Below are positions 43,280 through 53,900 of a stretch of 64,000 nt of DNA, piece by piece. The notes below the pieces were generated by a model, which ran no database searches, was not told the DNA's origin, and saw nothing but the letters and a program-made list of their open reading frames with translations. Both the position numbers and the translations under genes were made by a program. The DNA is taken from positions 32,001 through 96,000 of the IMG/VR virus record IMGVR_UViG_3300047284_000228. One strand, given 5' to 3'. The stretch comes from a virus. Positions within the stretch are counted from its first letter, which is position 1; each line of letters opens with the position of its first letter.

Positions 43280-45610
43280 GTGTCGATATTCAGAGACATA
43301 GGCCAGAAAGTAGGCAATCTTTTGATGCCCTCTGGCAGACCAATACTTGACATACCTACAGTTCCAAATATTTTACAAGGTAATGCACAGGCTATTACTG
43401 GACAGGTGTCTGCTGCTACCGCAACCATTGATCCAAAGAACATTGACAATGTTGTTCAAGATTCCGGAAAGACCCTAGCGGTAACTACTTTTGGTCTTTA
43501 CAAAACCTTGTCGGGAAAAACCACTGCTGGTTCAGGACCTCCCTATGAGAATGTATTAGAGCAATTCGCTTCCTATGTACCTTTATGGACTCTGAGCTGC
43601 CTCGAACCAAATCAGTTTAATGATCCTACTACCTATAGAGGAAATCCGTCTGCTTTAAAAAATGTAGTATTTTCTTCTGCAGGAAGATTTGACGAAAAGC
43701 GTGTGGCCACTGCCTACGGAACACCTGAATATTTTGTAGATAATTTTGTACTACAGGCACAGCTTGGTGGCTCAGCAAAGACGGGTAATACCAACGTTTC
43801 TAGTTTTTCTTTTGAAGTCTATGAACCTTATTCATTAGGATTATTTTTACAAAGTCTACAGGCAGCGGCCATCGGTGCCGGGTATCCGTCCTACCTTAAT
43901 GATACTCCGTATCTGCTCAAACTAGAATTTTTAGGATATCAAGACAGCGGCGCTGTTTTTGGCTCTACAGAAGATCTGGCAAAATATTTTACAATTAAAA
44001 TTACCAAAGCTGAGTTCACTGTTAATGAGGGTGGCAGCAAATATAAAGTTGAAGCAGCACCTTTTCATCATCAAGGTTTCAGCGATGTTATTAATAATAT
44101 TCCTACAGATTTAAAATTAACAGGAATGAAAGTGTCTGAAGTCTTATCTTCCGGACCGCAGAGTCTTATCAATGCGTTGAATCAGTTGCAATTAGAAAAC
44201 GTTAACAAAAAACAAGCAGAAATACCAGACCTATACGAAATAGTGTTTCCTATCGATGCCTCGGATAAAGTAGGATTAGACGGCGGATTATCGACCGAAG
44301 TATTAAAAGCCATGGCAGATCCTAAAAAGCCTGTGACACAGAGGATAGCAGTCCAAGCCAGAGAAGCCGCAGCTGGAACTTTTGGCCAAGGAGTCATAGG
44401 CAGCGCCAGTATGGGATTTTCAGAGACATCTGGCGGAAACTATAATTTTAAACTTGAAGGTGACATAATAGATGAAAAGACCGGTCGTATCGTACGAGAT
44501 AGGATGACCATTGATCCCAAGCAGCGAGAAATACAATTTCCTCAGGGTTCAAAGATCACCGAAATAATCAAGTACATCGTCTCGGCATCTGAATATTGTG
44601 TAAAGAGTCTAAAAGGCGAAAATATCAAAGACGGTATGGTAGATTGGTTCCGGATAGATGTGCAAATACAGTTACTTGATTTTGACAGGATTCGAAACGT
44701 AAAAGCAAAAAAATATGTTTATAGGGTAGTTCCTTTTAAAGTCAGCGCCACTACCTATCAGAACCCAACAGCACCGGCATCGGGGCAAGACAAACTAGAA
44801 AAAATAATTTGTAAAAGATATGACTATCTTTACACAGGTCAAAACAATGATATTTTAAGGTTTGATTTAACCTTTAATGGAATGTTCTATACGGGAATCA
44901 TGCCTAGGCCGCCGCAGGAAAATGCCAATGTGGCAAATAAGGATGTGCAAAATCCCGCACCAGAACCGACGCCAACAGCGGAGATAGAAACCGGAGACGC
45001 CCCAAGTAGCTCGACTAGCCAAAACGGCTCGCCGCCGGTCAAGCCCGATCCAAATTTAAATGCTCCGTCGTTTAGTGGGGACAAGACTGTAGAGCAGATT
45101 GTGGCAGATGCTTTTAATAAGTCTTTTGCTGCCAGCAGCGAAATGACTAGTGTAAAAATAGAAATACTAGGCGATCCTTATTTCCTTAGTGATAGCGGTA
45201 TTAATTCTAACTATCTGGCCGAGTACGGACCTAATTCACAGATAACCGCTGACGGATCTATGAACTGGGAAGGCAGTCAGATATTTGTCTATATAACATG
45301 GAGAAATCCTTTAGAACCAAATCTCGGAACCACAGGGCAGGGAGGATTGTATAATTTTCCCAACGGCGGAGCAGTAACACCGTTCAGCGGAATATATCAC
45401 GTAAAGAGTGTGGAAAATAAATTCAGTAACGGAACTTTTACACAAACTTTAGATCTAGCTCGCCAGGTTAATCAGGCACTTGATTATGTTGGTCAAGAAA
45501 CAGTTAATAAACAAAATCAGGTCATGTACGATACATCGAAAGTAGCACCTGAAAAAACCACACCAACAGATGATCCAGCTACACAAACTTCAGGGAGTAT
45601 GATGGCTTAA
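43280..45610 (+). CDS. baseplate hub protein (gp27/gpD-like)
   Basis: 776 aa, GTG start. FEVYEPYS, EILGDPYFL and FSGIYHVKSVENKFSNGTFTQTLDL are typical of hub proteins. Located between gp53 and gp5. Confidence 0.65.
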   Translation: MSIFRDIGQKVGNLLMPSGRPILDIPTVPNILQGNAQAITGQVSAATATIDPKNIDNVVQDSGKTLAVTTFGLYKTLSGKTTAGSGPPYENVLEQFASYVPLWTLSCLEPNQFNDPTTYRGNPSALKNVVFSSAGRFDEKRVATAYGTPEYFVDNFVLQAQLGGSAKTGNTNVSSFSFEVYEPYSLGLFLQSLQAAAIGAGYPSYLNDTPYLLKLEFLGYQDSGAVFGSTEDLAKYFTIKITKAEFTVNEGGSKYKVEAAPFHHQGFSDVINNIPTDLKLTGMKVSEVLSSGPQSLINALNQLQLENVNKKQAEIPDLYEIVFPIDASDKVGLDGGLSTEVLKAMADPKKPVTQRIAVQAREAAAGTFGQGVIGSASMGFSETSGGNYNFKLEGDIIDEKTGRIVRDRMTIDPKQREIQFPQGSKITEIIKYIVSASEYCVKSLKGENIKDGMVDWFRIDVQIQLLDFDRIRNVKAKKYVYRVVPFKVSATTYQNPTAPASGQDKLEKIICKRYDYLYTGQNNDILRFDLTFNGMFYTGIMPRPPQENANVANKDVQNPAPEPTPTAEIETGDAPSSSTSQNGSPPVKPDPNLNAPSFSGDKTVEQIVADAFNKSFAASSEMTSVKIEILGDPYFLSDSGINSNYLAEYGPNSQITADGSMNWEGSQIFVYITWRNPLEPNLGTTGQGGLYNFPNGGAVTPFSGIYHVKSVENKFSNGTFTQTLDLARQVNQALDYVGQETVNKQNQVMYDTSKVAPEKTTPTDDPATQTSGSMMA

Positions 45611-47058
45611 TGGCACAAGAAAAACGCAGTCCGGTAAAAGAAGACGAAGGTAAATTACCTTCGGGGATTCTACTAGCAAAAGTAGTAGGATATCTTGACC
45701 CCGCCTTTATGGGCGGGCTTGAAGTGACGCTGTTACGAGAAAACGGAAATTCGATTGGTAACTTAAATCAAACATATTCTATAAAGTATTCTTCTCCCTT
45801 CTACGGAGTTACTGCCTACGAATATCTAGGAATGAATAAACCGGACTTTCAAGACACACAAAAAAGTTACGGAATGTGGTTTCCTACAGTAGAGATAGGA
45901 ACCACAGTTTTGGTTGTGTTTGTTAACGGAAGTGCTGATTCAGGATTTTTCATAGGCTGTGTTCCTGGTAGGTTTATGAATCAAATGATTCCTGCTATCG
46001 GAGGAACCACAGATGTTGAGCTTACCGCTGATCAAAAAAAGAAATATGACACCACGCAACCGTTGCCTGTAGGAGAGTTTAATCGTAAGGCTAACGAACA
46101 AGAAAAGAGCTTGGCCGTAGACAAGATTAAAAAGCCTGTTCATCCTGTGGCTGATAGATTTTTAGAACAAGGATTGTTAGAAGACGATGTTAGAGGAGTG
46201 ACAACATCCTCTAGTAGGAGAGGAGTACCTAACGCAGTTTTTGGTATATCGACTCCGGGACCGTTTGATAGATCGGACGGAGCTAAAAAGCAGTTTATCG
46301 GCAAACAACAGAGCAAGAGTCCTATTCCAGTACCGGTAGGCAGATTAGGCGGTACTACCATAGTAATGGATGATGGTGACGATAGGTATCAGAGAAAGAA
46401 AAAACCCTGGGAAGGCGGTGTTGAATATGCAGATACTGAAAATAAAGAAAAGGGCGATCCTGATATTCCCTACAACGAATATTTTAGAATCAGAACTAGA
46501 ACAGGTCATCAGATATTATTCCATAATTCCGAAGATTTAATCTACATAGGTAATGCCAGAGGAACTGCGTGGATCGAATTAACCAGTAACGGTAAGATTG
46601 ATATTTTTTCTGAGGACAGTATCAGTATACACACTGAAACAGATTTGAACATTAGAGCAGACAGAGACATAAATCTAGAAGCAGGTAGGAATGTTAATAT
46701 CAAAGCAGTTTCGGGTAGTTTTCATGCCGAAGCAGGAAAAGAATACAAGATATATGCAGCCGCCGACGGAAGGCTCACAGCAGGACTTGCAACCAGCATA
46801 GTCAGCGGAGGCGCTATATTACAGACCGCGGCTCAAATACATCTAAACGGACCTCCGGGTGTACCCGTAGTTCCTCTTTCCACCCATGATAATATCGTTA
46901 CCAGCTCTAGTGAAAAGTGGGAAGGTAAAAATCGCTACGCGGTTAAAGATCCTCTGAAAAGTATTATGAAGCGTGTTCCTATGCACGAACCCTGGGCCCT
47001 ACATGAAAATCAAGCACCGGATCTACTAACACCGGACAATACAGATAGAGAAGCATAA
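45610..47058 (+). CDS. baseplate central spike (gp5/VgrG-like)
   Basis: 482 aa. OB-fold SYGMWFPTVEIGTTVLVVF..G..FFIGCV, RIRTRTGHQILFH, WIELTSNGKIDIFS beta-repeat, C-terminal RVPMHEPW..HEN. Confidence 0.8.
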   Translation: MAQEKRSPVKEDEGKLPSGILLAKVVGYLDPAFMGGLEVTLLRENGNSIGNLNQTYSIKYSSPFYGVTAYEYLGMNKPDFQDTQKSYGMWFPTVEIGTTVLVVFVNGSADSGFFIGCVPGRFMNQMIPAIGGTTDVELTADQKKKYDTTQPLPVGEFNRKANEQEKSLAVDKIKKPVHPVADRFLEQGLLEDDVRGVTTSSSRRGVPNAVFGISTPGPFDRSDGAKKQFIGKQQSKSPIPVPVGRLGGTTIVMDDGDDRYQRKKKPWEGGVEYADTENKEKGDPDIPYNEYFRIRTRTGHQILFHNSEDLIYIGNARGTAWIELTSNGKIDIFSEDSISIHTETDLNIRADRDINLEAGRNVNIKAVSGSFHAEAGKEYKIYAAADGRLTAGLATSIVSGGAILQTAAQIHLNGPPGVPVVPLSTHDNIVTSSSEKWEGKNRYAVKDPLKSIMKRVPMHEPWALHENQAPDLLTPDNTDREA

Positions 47059-47492
47059 TGGCAAAATTATATAATAAAAAATCAGTAGCATCTGTGAATG
47101 CATCTGTTAGTGATAGTCTAGCAGCTTTTACCTATAAGGGATTTAATTCTTCTGAGACTAAAAAAGGTTACAAGAGCTACGATATGGATTTGGTCAAACA
47201 AGACATTATAAATCATTTTTATATCCGTAAGGGAGAAAAGTTAATGAATCCGGATTTTGGTACGGTGATCTGGGATTTATTATTTGAACAATTCACTGAA
47301 GAAGTTAAAAAATTAATCACAGATAACGTTGAAGAAATAATCAACTATGATCCTAGAGTAACTGTGAATTCTGTGTTAATAGATAGCACAGACATGGGAA
47401 TTAGGATAGAAGCTAACGTCACTTATCTACCGTTTAACATTAACGAAAACATGGTTTTTAACTTTGACAGAGCAAATAATATCATTAACTGA
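47058..47492 (+). CDS. gp25: baseplate wedge subunit (gp25-like)
   Basis: 144 aa, LVKQDIINHF..RKGEKLMNPDFGTVIWDLLFE...DPRV. Confidence 0.9.
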   Translation: MAKLYNKKSVASVNASVSDSLAAFTYKGFNSSETKKGYKSYDMDLVKQDIINHFYIRKGEKLMNPDFGTVIWDLLFEQFTEEVKKLITDNVEEIINYDPRVTVNSVLIDSTDMGIRIEANVTYLPFNINENMVFNFDRANNIIN

Positions 47493-47510
47493 GCAGTTAA
47501 TTTTTACAGG

Positions 47511-47516
47511 TAAATA
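47511..47516 (+). promoter_or_regulatory. T4-type late promoter (TAAATA)
   Basis: 17 nt upstream of the gp6-like ATG. Confidence 0.6.
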
Positions 47517-47533
47517 CGTGATAGGAACAGGTT

Positions 47534-50500
47534 ATGACCACAACTTCTAGACAAAATAATTTAATTCTAAACGAGGACTGGACTAGGATATATCAGACAT
47601 TTAAAAATGCTGATTTCAAATCCTACGACTTTGAAAATCTTCGTAGAGTCATCATCTCCTATTTTAGAGAAAATTATCCAGAAGACTTTAATGATTACAT
47701 AGAAAGCAGCGAATATTTGGCTCTTATAGATGCTATTGCATTTTTAGGACAGAGCCTGGCCTTCCGTATTGATCTAGCATCTAGAGAAAATTTTATCGAA
47801 CTAGCAGAGCGCAAGGAAAGTGTTCTACGCCTTGCTAAGATGCTGAGCTATAATGCGAAACGAAATATCAATGCCAAGGGTCTTTTAAAATTTGATACTG
47901 TTAGTACCACAGAAAACATCTTAGACAGTAACGGTAAAAATCTATCCCAGCAGACAATTATCTGGAACGATCCAACCAATCAAAATTGGGCCGAACAATT
48001 CGTTACTGTACTAAACGCCGCCATGGCAGACAATACAGAATTTGGTCGTAGCCAAGGTTCGGCAGTGATTGAAGGAATACAAACTGAACAATATAGGTTT
48101 AGGACTACATCGACAGATGTTCCTATTTTTACGTTCAGCAAGGTAGTGGCAGGGCGAAACATGACCTTTGAACTAGTCAGCACTAGTTTTAAAGGTAAGG
48201 AAGAAATCTACGAAGAATCACCAACTCCCGGAAATCAGCTAGGATTTGTTTATAGAAATGACGGTCGCGGAGGCACCAGTGCCAATACCGGATTTTATCT
48301 AATGTTCAAACAGGGTTCTCTTGAACTAGCTGATTTTTCTATAGACATTCCCGCTACTAATGAAATAGTAGCCGTGGATGCTAATAATATCAACAATGAC
48401 GACGTGTGGTTGTTTGCCCTAAGTGCTGCCGGAGTGCAGTTAGATGAATGGACCAAAGTATCGGCCTTGACAGGTAGTAACATTGCCTATAATAGTGTAA
48501 CTTCCGACATAAGAAATATCTACACAGCTATCACTAAAGAAAATGACAGAGTTGATCTAGCGTTTGCTGACGGAGTATACGGTAACTTACCTCAGGGAAA
48601 TTTTAGAGTCTATTATAGAACCAGCAACGGTCTATCATATCAAATAGCACCCTCCGAACTACGAGGTATCACTATAGCTATACCGTATGCTAACAAACAA
48701 GGTGTAAGTCATACACTAACCATAACACTGGGATTAAAATACACAGTAAGTTCCTCCGCACCTAGCGAGTCTGTTGATGCTATTAGACAAAATGCACCGG
48801 CACAGTATTACACACAAAATAGAATGGTTACGGGAGAAGACTACAATCTAGCCCCGTTGACGGCTTCTCAAAATATTTTAAAAATTAAATCTATTAATCG
48901 AACTAGCAGTGGCATTTCTCGGAACTACGAAATAATTGATGCCAGCGGAAAGTATTCTTCTGTGAATGTTTTTGCCGATGACGGCATCGTATACAAAGAA
49001 GAAATAGAAAGATCATTTGCTTTTAAATTCACTAACAGAATAGAAATTCTAAACTTTATCAGAAGCACCATAGAAGAAACTGTTAACGACACTGACGTAT
49101 ATAATTTTTACCTTACAAAATTTGATAAGATTTTGTTTACAGATCAAAATACAATATGGAACATGGCTACCTCTGATGTGAATCTGTCCACAGGATATTT
49201 TTACAATAGTTCTGATGTTAATCTTATTTTGAAAGTAGGAACTTATACTACCAGTACATTAAAATATCTTTTGCCAGGCGCATTGATTAAATTTGTTCCG
49301 CCTGCGGGGTTTGCCTTTAAGAGCGGCAAGATAGTCCCAGCAGACATCGGTGATCCTCAACAAAATGATAGTATATGGACCAAGGTAGTAAGAGTTACCG
49401 GAGACGGAACCAACGGCAATCTAGGAATTTTAAATTCCGGATTAGGTGCAATACAGTTTAGTGATATCGTTCCTACAGGAAGTATAGCATCCAGAATAGT
49501 ACCCAAGTTTACTACAAACCTATCCTCTGCATTAGAAAATGAAATGACTAATCAGATGTTTAGTAATTTGAATTTTGGAATTAGATATAGTATTACAGAC
49601 GGCGAATGGAAATTAATTACCGCTGCTAATTTAAATTTGCTCAGTAGTTTCAGTTTAGGTAAAGCTGGAGATTCAACTAACAATAACCTAGACGCATCGT
49701 GGTTGATATCGTTTGTTAAAGAAGCAGATGAATATGTGATAAGAGTCAGAGGATTGGATTATATTTTCTCAAGTTTAGAGCAGAATCGATTTTATTTTGA
49801 TGCCAAGGCAAAGACCTACGACAGCAAAACAGGAAAAGTAGTCTATGATCAGATCAAGATTTTAGGGATCAATGCCGACAGTAATCTTTTACTACCACTT
49901 AAGTCTGATATACAGTTTAAGATCGATGATTCGATCAGATTTGACGACGGCTACGAAAGCACAGACTCTATCAAGATCACATTCTTTGACTCGGATGACG
50001 ATGGTGTCATAGATAATCCTGATTCTTTTGAAAAAGTAGTAGGGGCCGATTTAGATTTAAAATATTTGTTTTTCCAAACGGTCGCTGATGACCTAGGCAA
50101 TAAGATCAAACAGTATATTGATAATTCTGCTGGAGATATCCTAATCGTACAAAAAGAAAGTTTGGTTAATTTAACTGACCAAACAACCTACTACGACGGT
50201 CGTCTGATTTATTTTTGGGACAACGATGAAGATCAAATCAAACGAGTTGATAGAAGTACCAATACATTGATTTTAGAACCAACTTATTCTGCAGCCATAG
50301 GCAGAGCCAAACTCAAGTTCCAATATATTCATAACGCTATGGTAGACAGAAGAATTGATCCGAGCTCAAGTAACATCATAGATGTATACATTCTGACTAG
50401 AAATTACGATACACAGTTTAGAAATTATCTAGCAGGAGTCGCTACAGAACCAGAAGCTCCGAATAGCGATAGTCTAAGAATTAGTTTTGGATCAAAGTTA

Positions 50501-50944
50501 AATCTTATTAAAACTGTAAGCGATGAAATAATTTATCATCCTGTAGAATATAAGGTCTTATTTGGATCTACCGCGGATGTTAAACTACAGGCAAAGTTTA
50601 AAGTAGTTAAAAATCCAAATAAATTAATCAACGATAACGATTTAAAAGTAAGAATAATAACTGCGATTAACGAGTTTTTCGATATTAATAATTGGGACTT
50701 CGGTGATAGATTTTATATCAGTGAATTAATAACTTATGTAATTAATACTGTCAGTCCTGACATATCTAATATGATAATCGTACCTAGACAGCCAACTCAG
50801 AGTTTTGGTAGTCTATTCGAAATACAAAGTAGGGTCGATGAGATTTTCGTTAGCGGTGCTACAGTGGACGATGTAGAAATCGTTACTGCTATTTCCGCAT
50901 CCGAAATAAGAGCTCAGGCAAATTCAATAGTATCGAACACATAA
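47534..50944 (+). CDS. gp6: baseplate wedge subunit (gp6-like)
   Basis: 1136 aa. DFKSYDFENLR...YPEDFNDYIESSE...ENFIELAER.ESVLRLA, FADGVYG.LP, ES...IRQNAP..YYTQNRMVTGEDY. Confidence 0.88.
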   Translation: MTTTSRQNNLILNEDWTRIYQTFKNADFKSYDFENLRRVIISYFRENYPEDFNDYIESSEYLALIDAIAFLGQSLAFRIDLASRENFIELAERKESVLRLAKMLSYNAKRNINAKGLLKFDTVSTTENILDSNGKNLSQQTIIWNDPTNQNWAEQFVTVLNAAMADNTEFGRSQGSAVIEGIQTEQYRFRTTSTDVPIFTFSKVVAGRNMTFELVSTSFKGKEEIYEESPTPGNQLGFVYRNDGRGGTSANTGFYLMFKQGSLELADFSIDIPATNEIVAVDANNINNDDVWLFALSAAGVQLDEWTKVSALTGSNIAYNSVTSDIRNIYTAITKENDRVDLAFADGVYGNLPQGNFRVYYRTSNGLSYQIAPSELRGITIAIPYANKQGVSHTLTITLGLKYTVSSSAPSESVDAIRQNAPAQYYTQNRMVTGEDYNLAPLTASQNILKIKSINRTSSGISRNYEIIDASGKYSSVNVFADDGIVYKEEIERSFAFKFTNRIEILNFIRSTIEETVNDTDVYNFYLTKFDKILFTDQNTIWNMATSDVNLSTGYFYNSSDVNLILKVGTYTTSTLKYLLPGALIKFVPPAGFAFKSGKIVPADIGDPQQNDSIWTKVVRVTGDGTNGNLGILNSGLGAIQFSDIVPTGSIASRIVPKFTTNLSSALENEMTNQMFSNLNFGIRYSITDGEWKLITAANLNLLSSFSLGKAGDSTNNNLDASWLISFVKEADEYVIRVRGLDYIFSSLEQNRFYFDAKAKTYDSKTGKVVYDQIKILGINADSNLLLPLKSDIQFKIDDSIRFDDGYESTDSIKITFFDSDDDGVIDNPDSFEKVVGADLDLKYLFFQTVADDLGNKIKQYIDNSAGDILIVQKESLVNLTDQTTYYDGRLIYFWDNDEDQIKRVDRSTNTLILEPTYSAAIGRAKLKFQYIHNAMVDRRIDPSSSNIIDVYILTRNYDTQFRNYLAGVATEPEAPNSDSLRISFGSKLNLIKTVSDEIIYHPVEYKVLFGSTADVKLQAKFKVVKNPNKLINDNDLKVRIITAINEFFDINNWDFGDRFYISELITYVINTVSPDISNMIIVPRQPTQSFGSLFEIQSRVDEIFVSGATVDDVEIVTAISASEIRAQANSIVSNT

Positions 50945-50945
50945 T

Positions 50946-53900
50946 ATGGCACAAGAATTTTTTCCAGAAAGCGGATTACCTATTAGAAGAACAGTAGAAC
51001 TTCTACCTAGTATCTTTCAAACCGAAAGCAATAGTAAATTTCTATCGGCAGTATTGGATCCTTTGGTCCAGCCAGGAACATTACAGAAAACTGTGGGATA
51101 TATCGGCAGAAGGTATGGCAAGACCTATGTACCTACCGACATATATCTAGATACTGACAATACTCTGCGCAGTCGATATCAGTTAGAACCTGGAGTAACT
51201 GTTAAAGAAAATAACAGAGTAACTTCCTTCTACGATTATCTAGATTTTAAAAATCAAATTAAATTTTTCGGAAATTTAGAAGAATACGATGCTATAGTTA
51301 CTAGCCAAGATCATTATACTTGGACTCCGCCGATTGACTGGGATAAGTTTGTTAACTATAGAGAATATTATTGGGTTCCTGCAGGCCCTCCTCCAGTGAC
51401 CATTGCAGGACAAGCCCAGAGAATTGTCAGTACCTATAGAGTAGCTCTTGGTACAGGCAGTGTGTTTATTTTCACGCCGGACGGTATGTCTAATAACCCA
51501 ACTATTACTTTGTATAGAGGACAGACATACAAATTCCAAGTTAGTGTTCCCGGACACGGCTTTACTATCAAGACCAATGTTGACATAGGAAGATTAACAT
51601 TTGATCCTAATAGAAATTATACTCCAGGCGAGCTAGTGGTATTCGATGAAAAGTTATGGAAAGCTAAAACAAACATTTCTTCTACTGACGGAAGCACCAT
51701 AGACGAAAATAGTCAGGATTGGGAATATGTCGAGGATGTTGGTATCGCCAGTCAGTTTGATTATAATACAGGAGTTACAAATAACGGTGCCGAACGAGGA
51801 ACAGTTACTTTTGAAGTTCCTATGAATGCTCCCGATGTACTGTTTTATCAAAGTACCACAGATATAAACAGGGTTGGTAGATTTATCATAGCCGATGTCG
51901 ACACCAATACAAAAATAGATGTCGAAAAAGAAATTCTAGGTAAAGTAACCTATACCAGTAGTAATGATGTTACATTAACTAACGGCATGATAATCTATTT
52001 TTCAGGAAAGGTCAGCCCTGAAAAATATTCAAATTTAGATGATAAGTGGTTAGTTGAAGGTGTAGGAAAAAAAATCACTCTTACGAAATTCACTGATTTA
52101 ATCGTATCTGCTAGCCTAAGCGGCAACAACATAGACGAAATATTATTTGATAACGGTGGATTTGACACACAACCGTTTGATGATGCAACAGCATATCCTG
52201 CTAAAAAAGATTACCTTACCATTAATAGATCTAGTGTAGATTCAAATCCTTGGTCGCGATATAATAGGTGGTTTCATAGAAGTGTATTAGATTATTCTCA
52301 TACATTTAACGGTTCGAGTTTTGAAGCCACTGAAGATTCTCGTGCTAAAAGACCAATTGTAGAATTCAAAGCTAATCTACAGCTTTTTAATCATGGTGCC
52401 CTAGCTAAACAGACAGTAGACTACATCGATGATTTTACCAGTGACGTGTTTTCTACAGTAGAAGGTAGCAGCGGTTATCTTGTAGATGGCGAAGCTTTGT
52501 TTGAAGGAGCAAGAGTATTGGTCACTGCCGATACTGATAGCCTGGCCAATAATCAAATATATGTAGTACATTTTATTACACACAATGGTTCAAAACAGAT
52601 CAATCTAAAGAAAGCCGCAGACGGCGATTCAATAATCAACGAATGTGTACTGATTAGACGAGGAGTTAAAAATTCTGGCCTAATGTATCATTACAATGGT
52701 ACTACCTGGATAAAGAGTCAAGAAAAAACAAGTTCTAATCAAGAACCGCTTTTTGACTTATTCGACGACAATGGAGTTTCTTTCTCTGATATTGACACGT
52801 ATCCGGTATCGACTTTTGCTGGAACTAGAATTTTAGGTTATCAACAAGGCTCCGGGGTAGTAGATACGGAATTGGGATTTTCTCTATCTTATCTTAACAT
52901 TGAAAATGTCGGAGATATAAAGTTCAGTTACGATTTAGATTATCAAGATTTTAATTATAAAGTTTTAGATACACGATATACTAAAAAATACAAGACAGGA
53001 TTTTATAAATTTAATCCTGATAATCAATACGGAAACGGTTGGATTTTATTAGACAACGAATATTCTCAACCTATAATAGATACTACAGTTGTAGACGAGA
53101 TTACTGATACGATTGTTTCAACCGCAGTAGATTGGAGTAATGTACAAGAATCTCAAATTAGAAAAATTGTATTTTATAAAAATGGAATCAGATCTAGAGT
53201 TTCTTGGCAGCGACAAGACAACAGGTTTATTTTCGAAGAAAAATTTCAAGTCAACGATACTGTAACAATCAAGATTTTTGCCGATCTAGATCCGGCCACT
53301 GGGTATTATGAGTTGCCATTGGGTCTTGAAAAAAATCCCCTCAACGACGAAATTGAGTCTTTTACTCTGGGCCAAGCTTCGGATCATGTGTTAACAGGTC
53401 TAGATCTAACAGATAATTTCGAAGGGTTATTCCCTGGAAAAAACAATCTAAGAGACTTAGATGATTTTCAAAATAGATGTAATAGATTCTTAAAACATAG
53501 TAATGTTTCTCCTTTGTCTGTTCTCAGTCTATGCGACAAAGAAGTTAATATTATCAAATCTATACAATACGCTAAAAAAGCCTATACAGATTTTAAAAAT
53601 ACATTTATCGACCTAGCCTATAATCTGTATTCTGATCAGGAACCGAGAGATTTTGTTGATCAGATATTAGAAGAAATCAGTAAATCTCAAAACTCATCAA
53701 GACCATTTTCTGAATCTGATATGGTAGGCAGCGGAGCTTTTACATCTATTGATTATACTGTTGAAGATACAGGAATTAAAACATTTGCTTTGTCGAGTAA
53801 GTTTGATCTAGACACACTCAGTTCTAGAGCAGTATATGTTTATCGTAATGGAGTACAGTTATTACATGGTACACAGTACGAATTTAATTCTACATTTGGT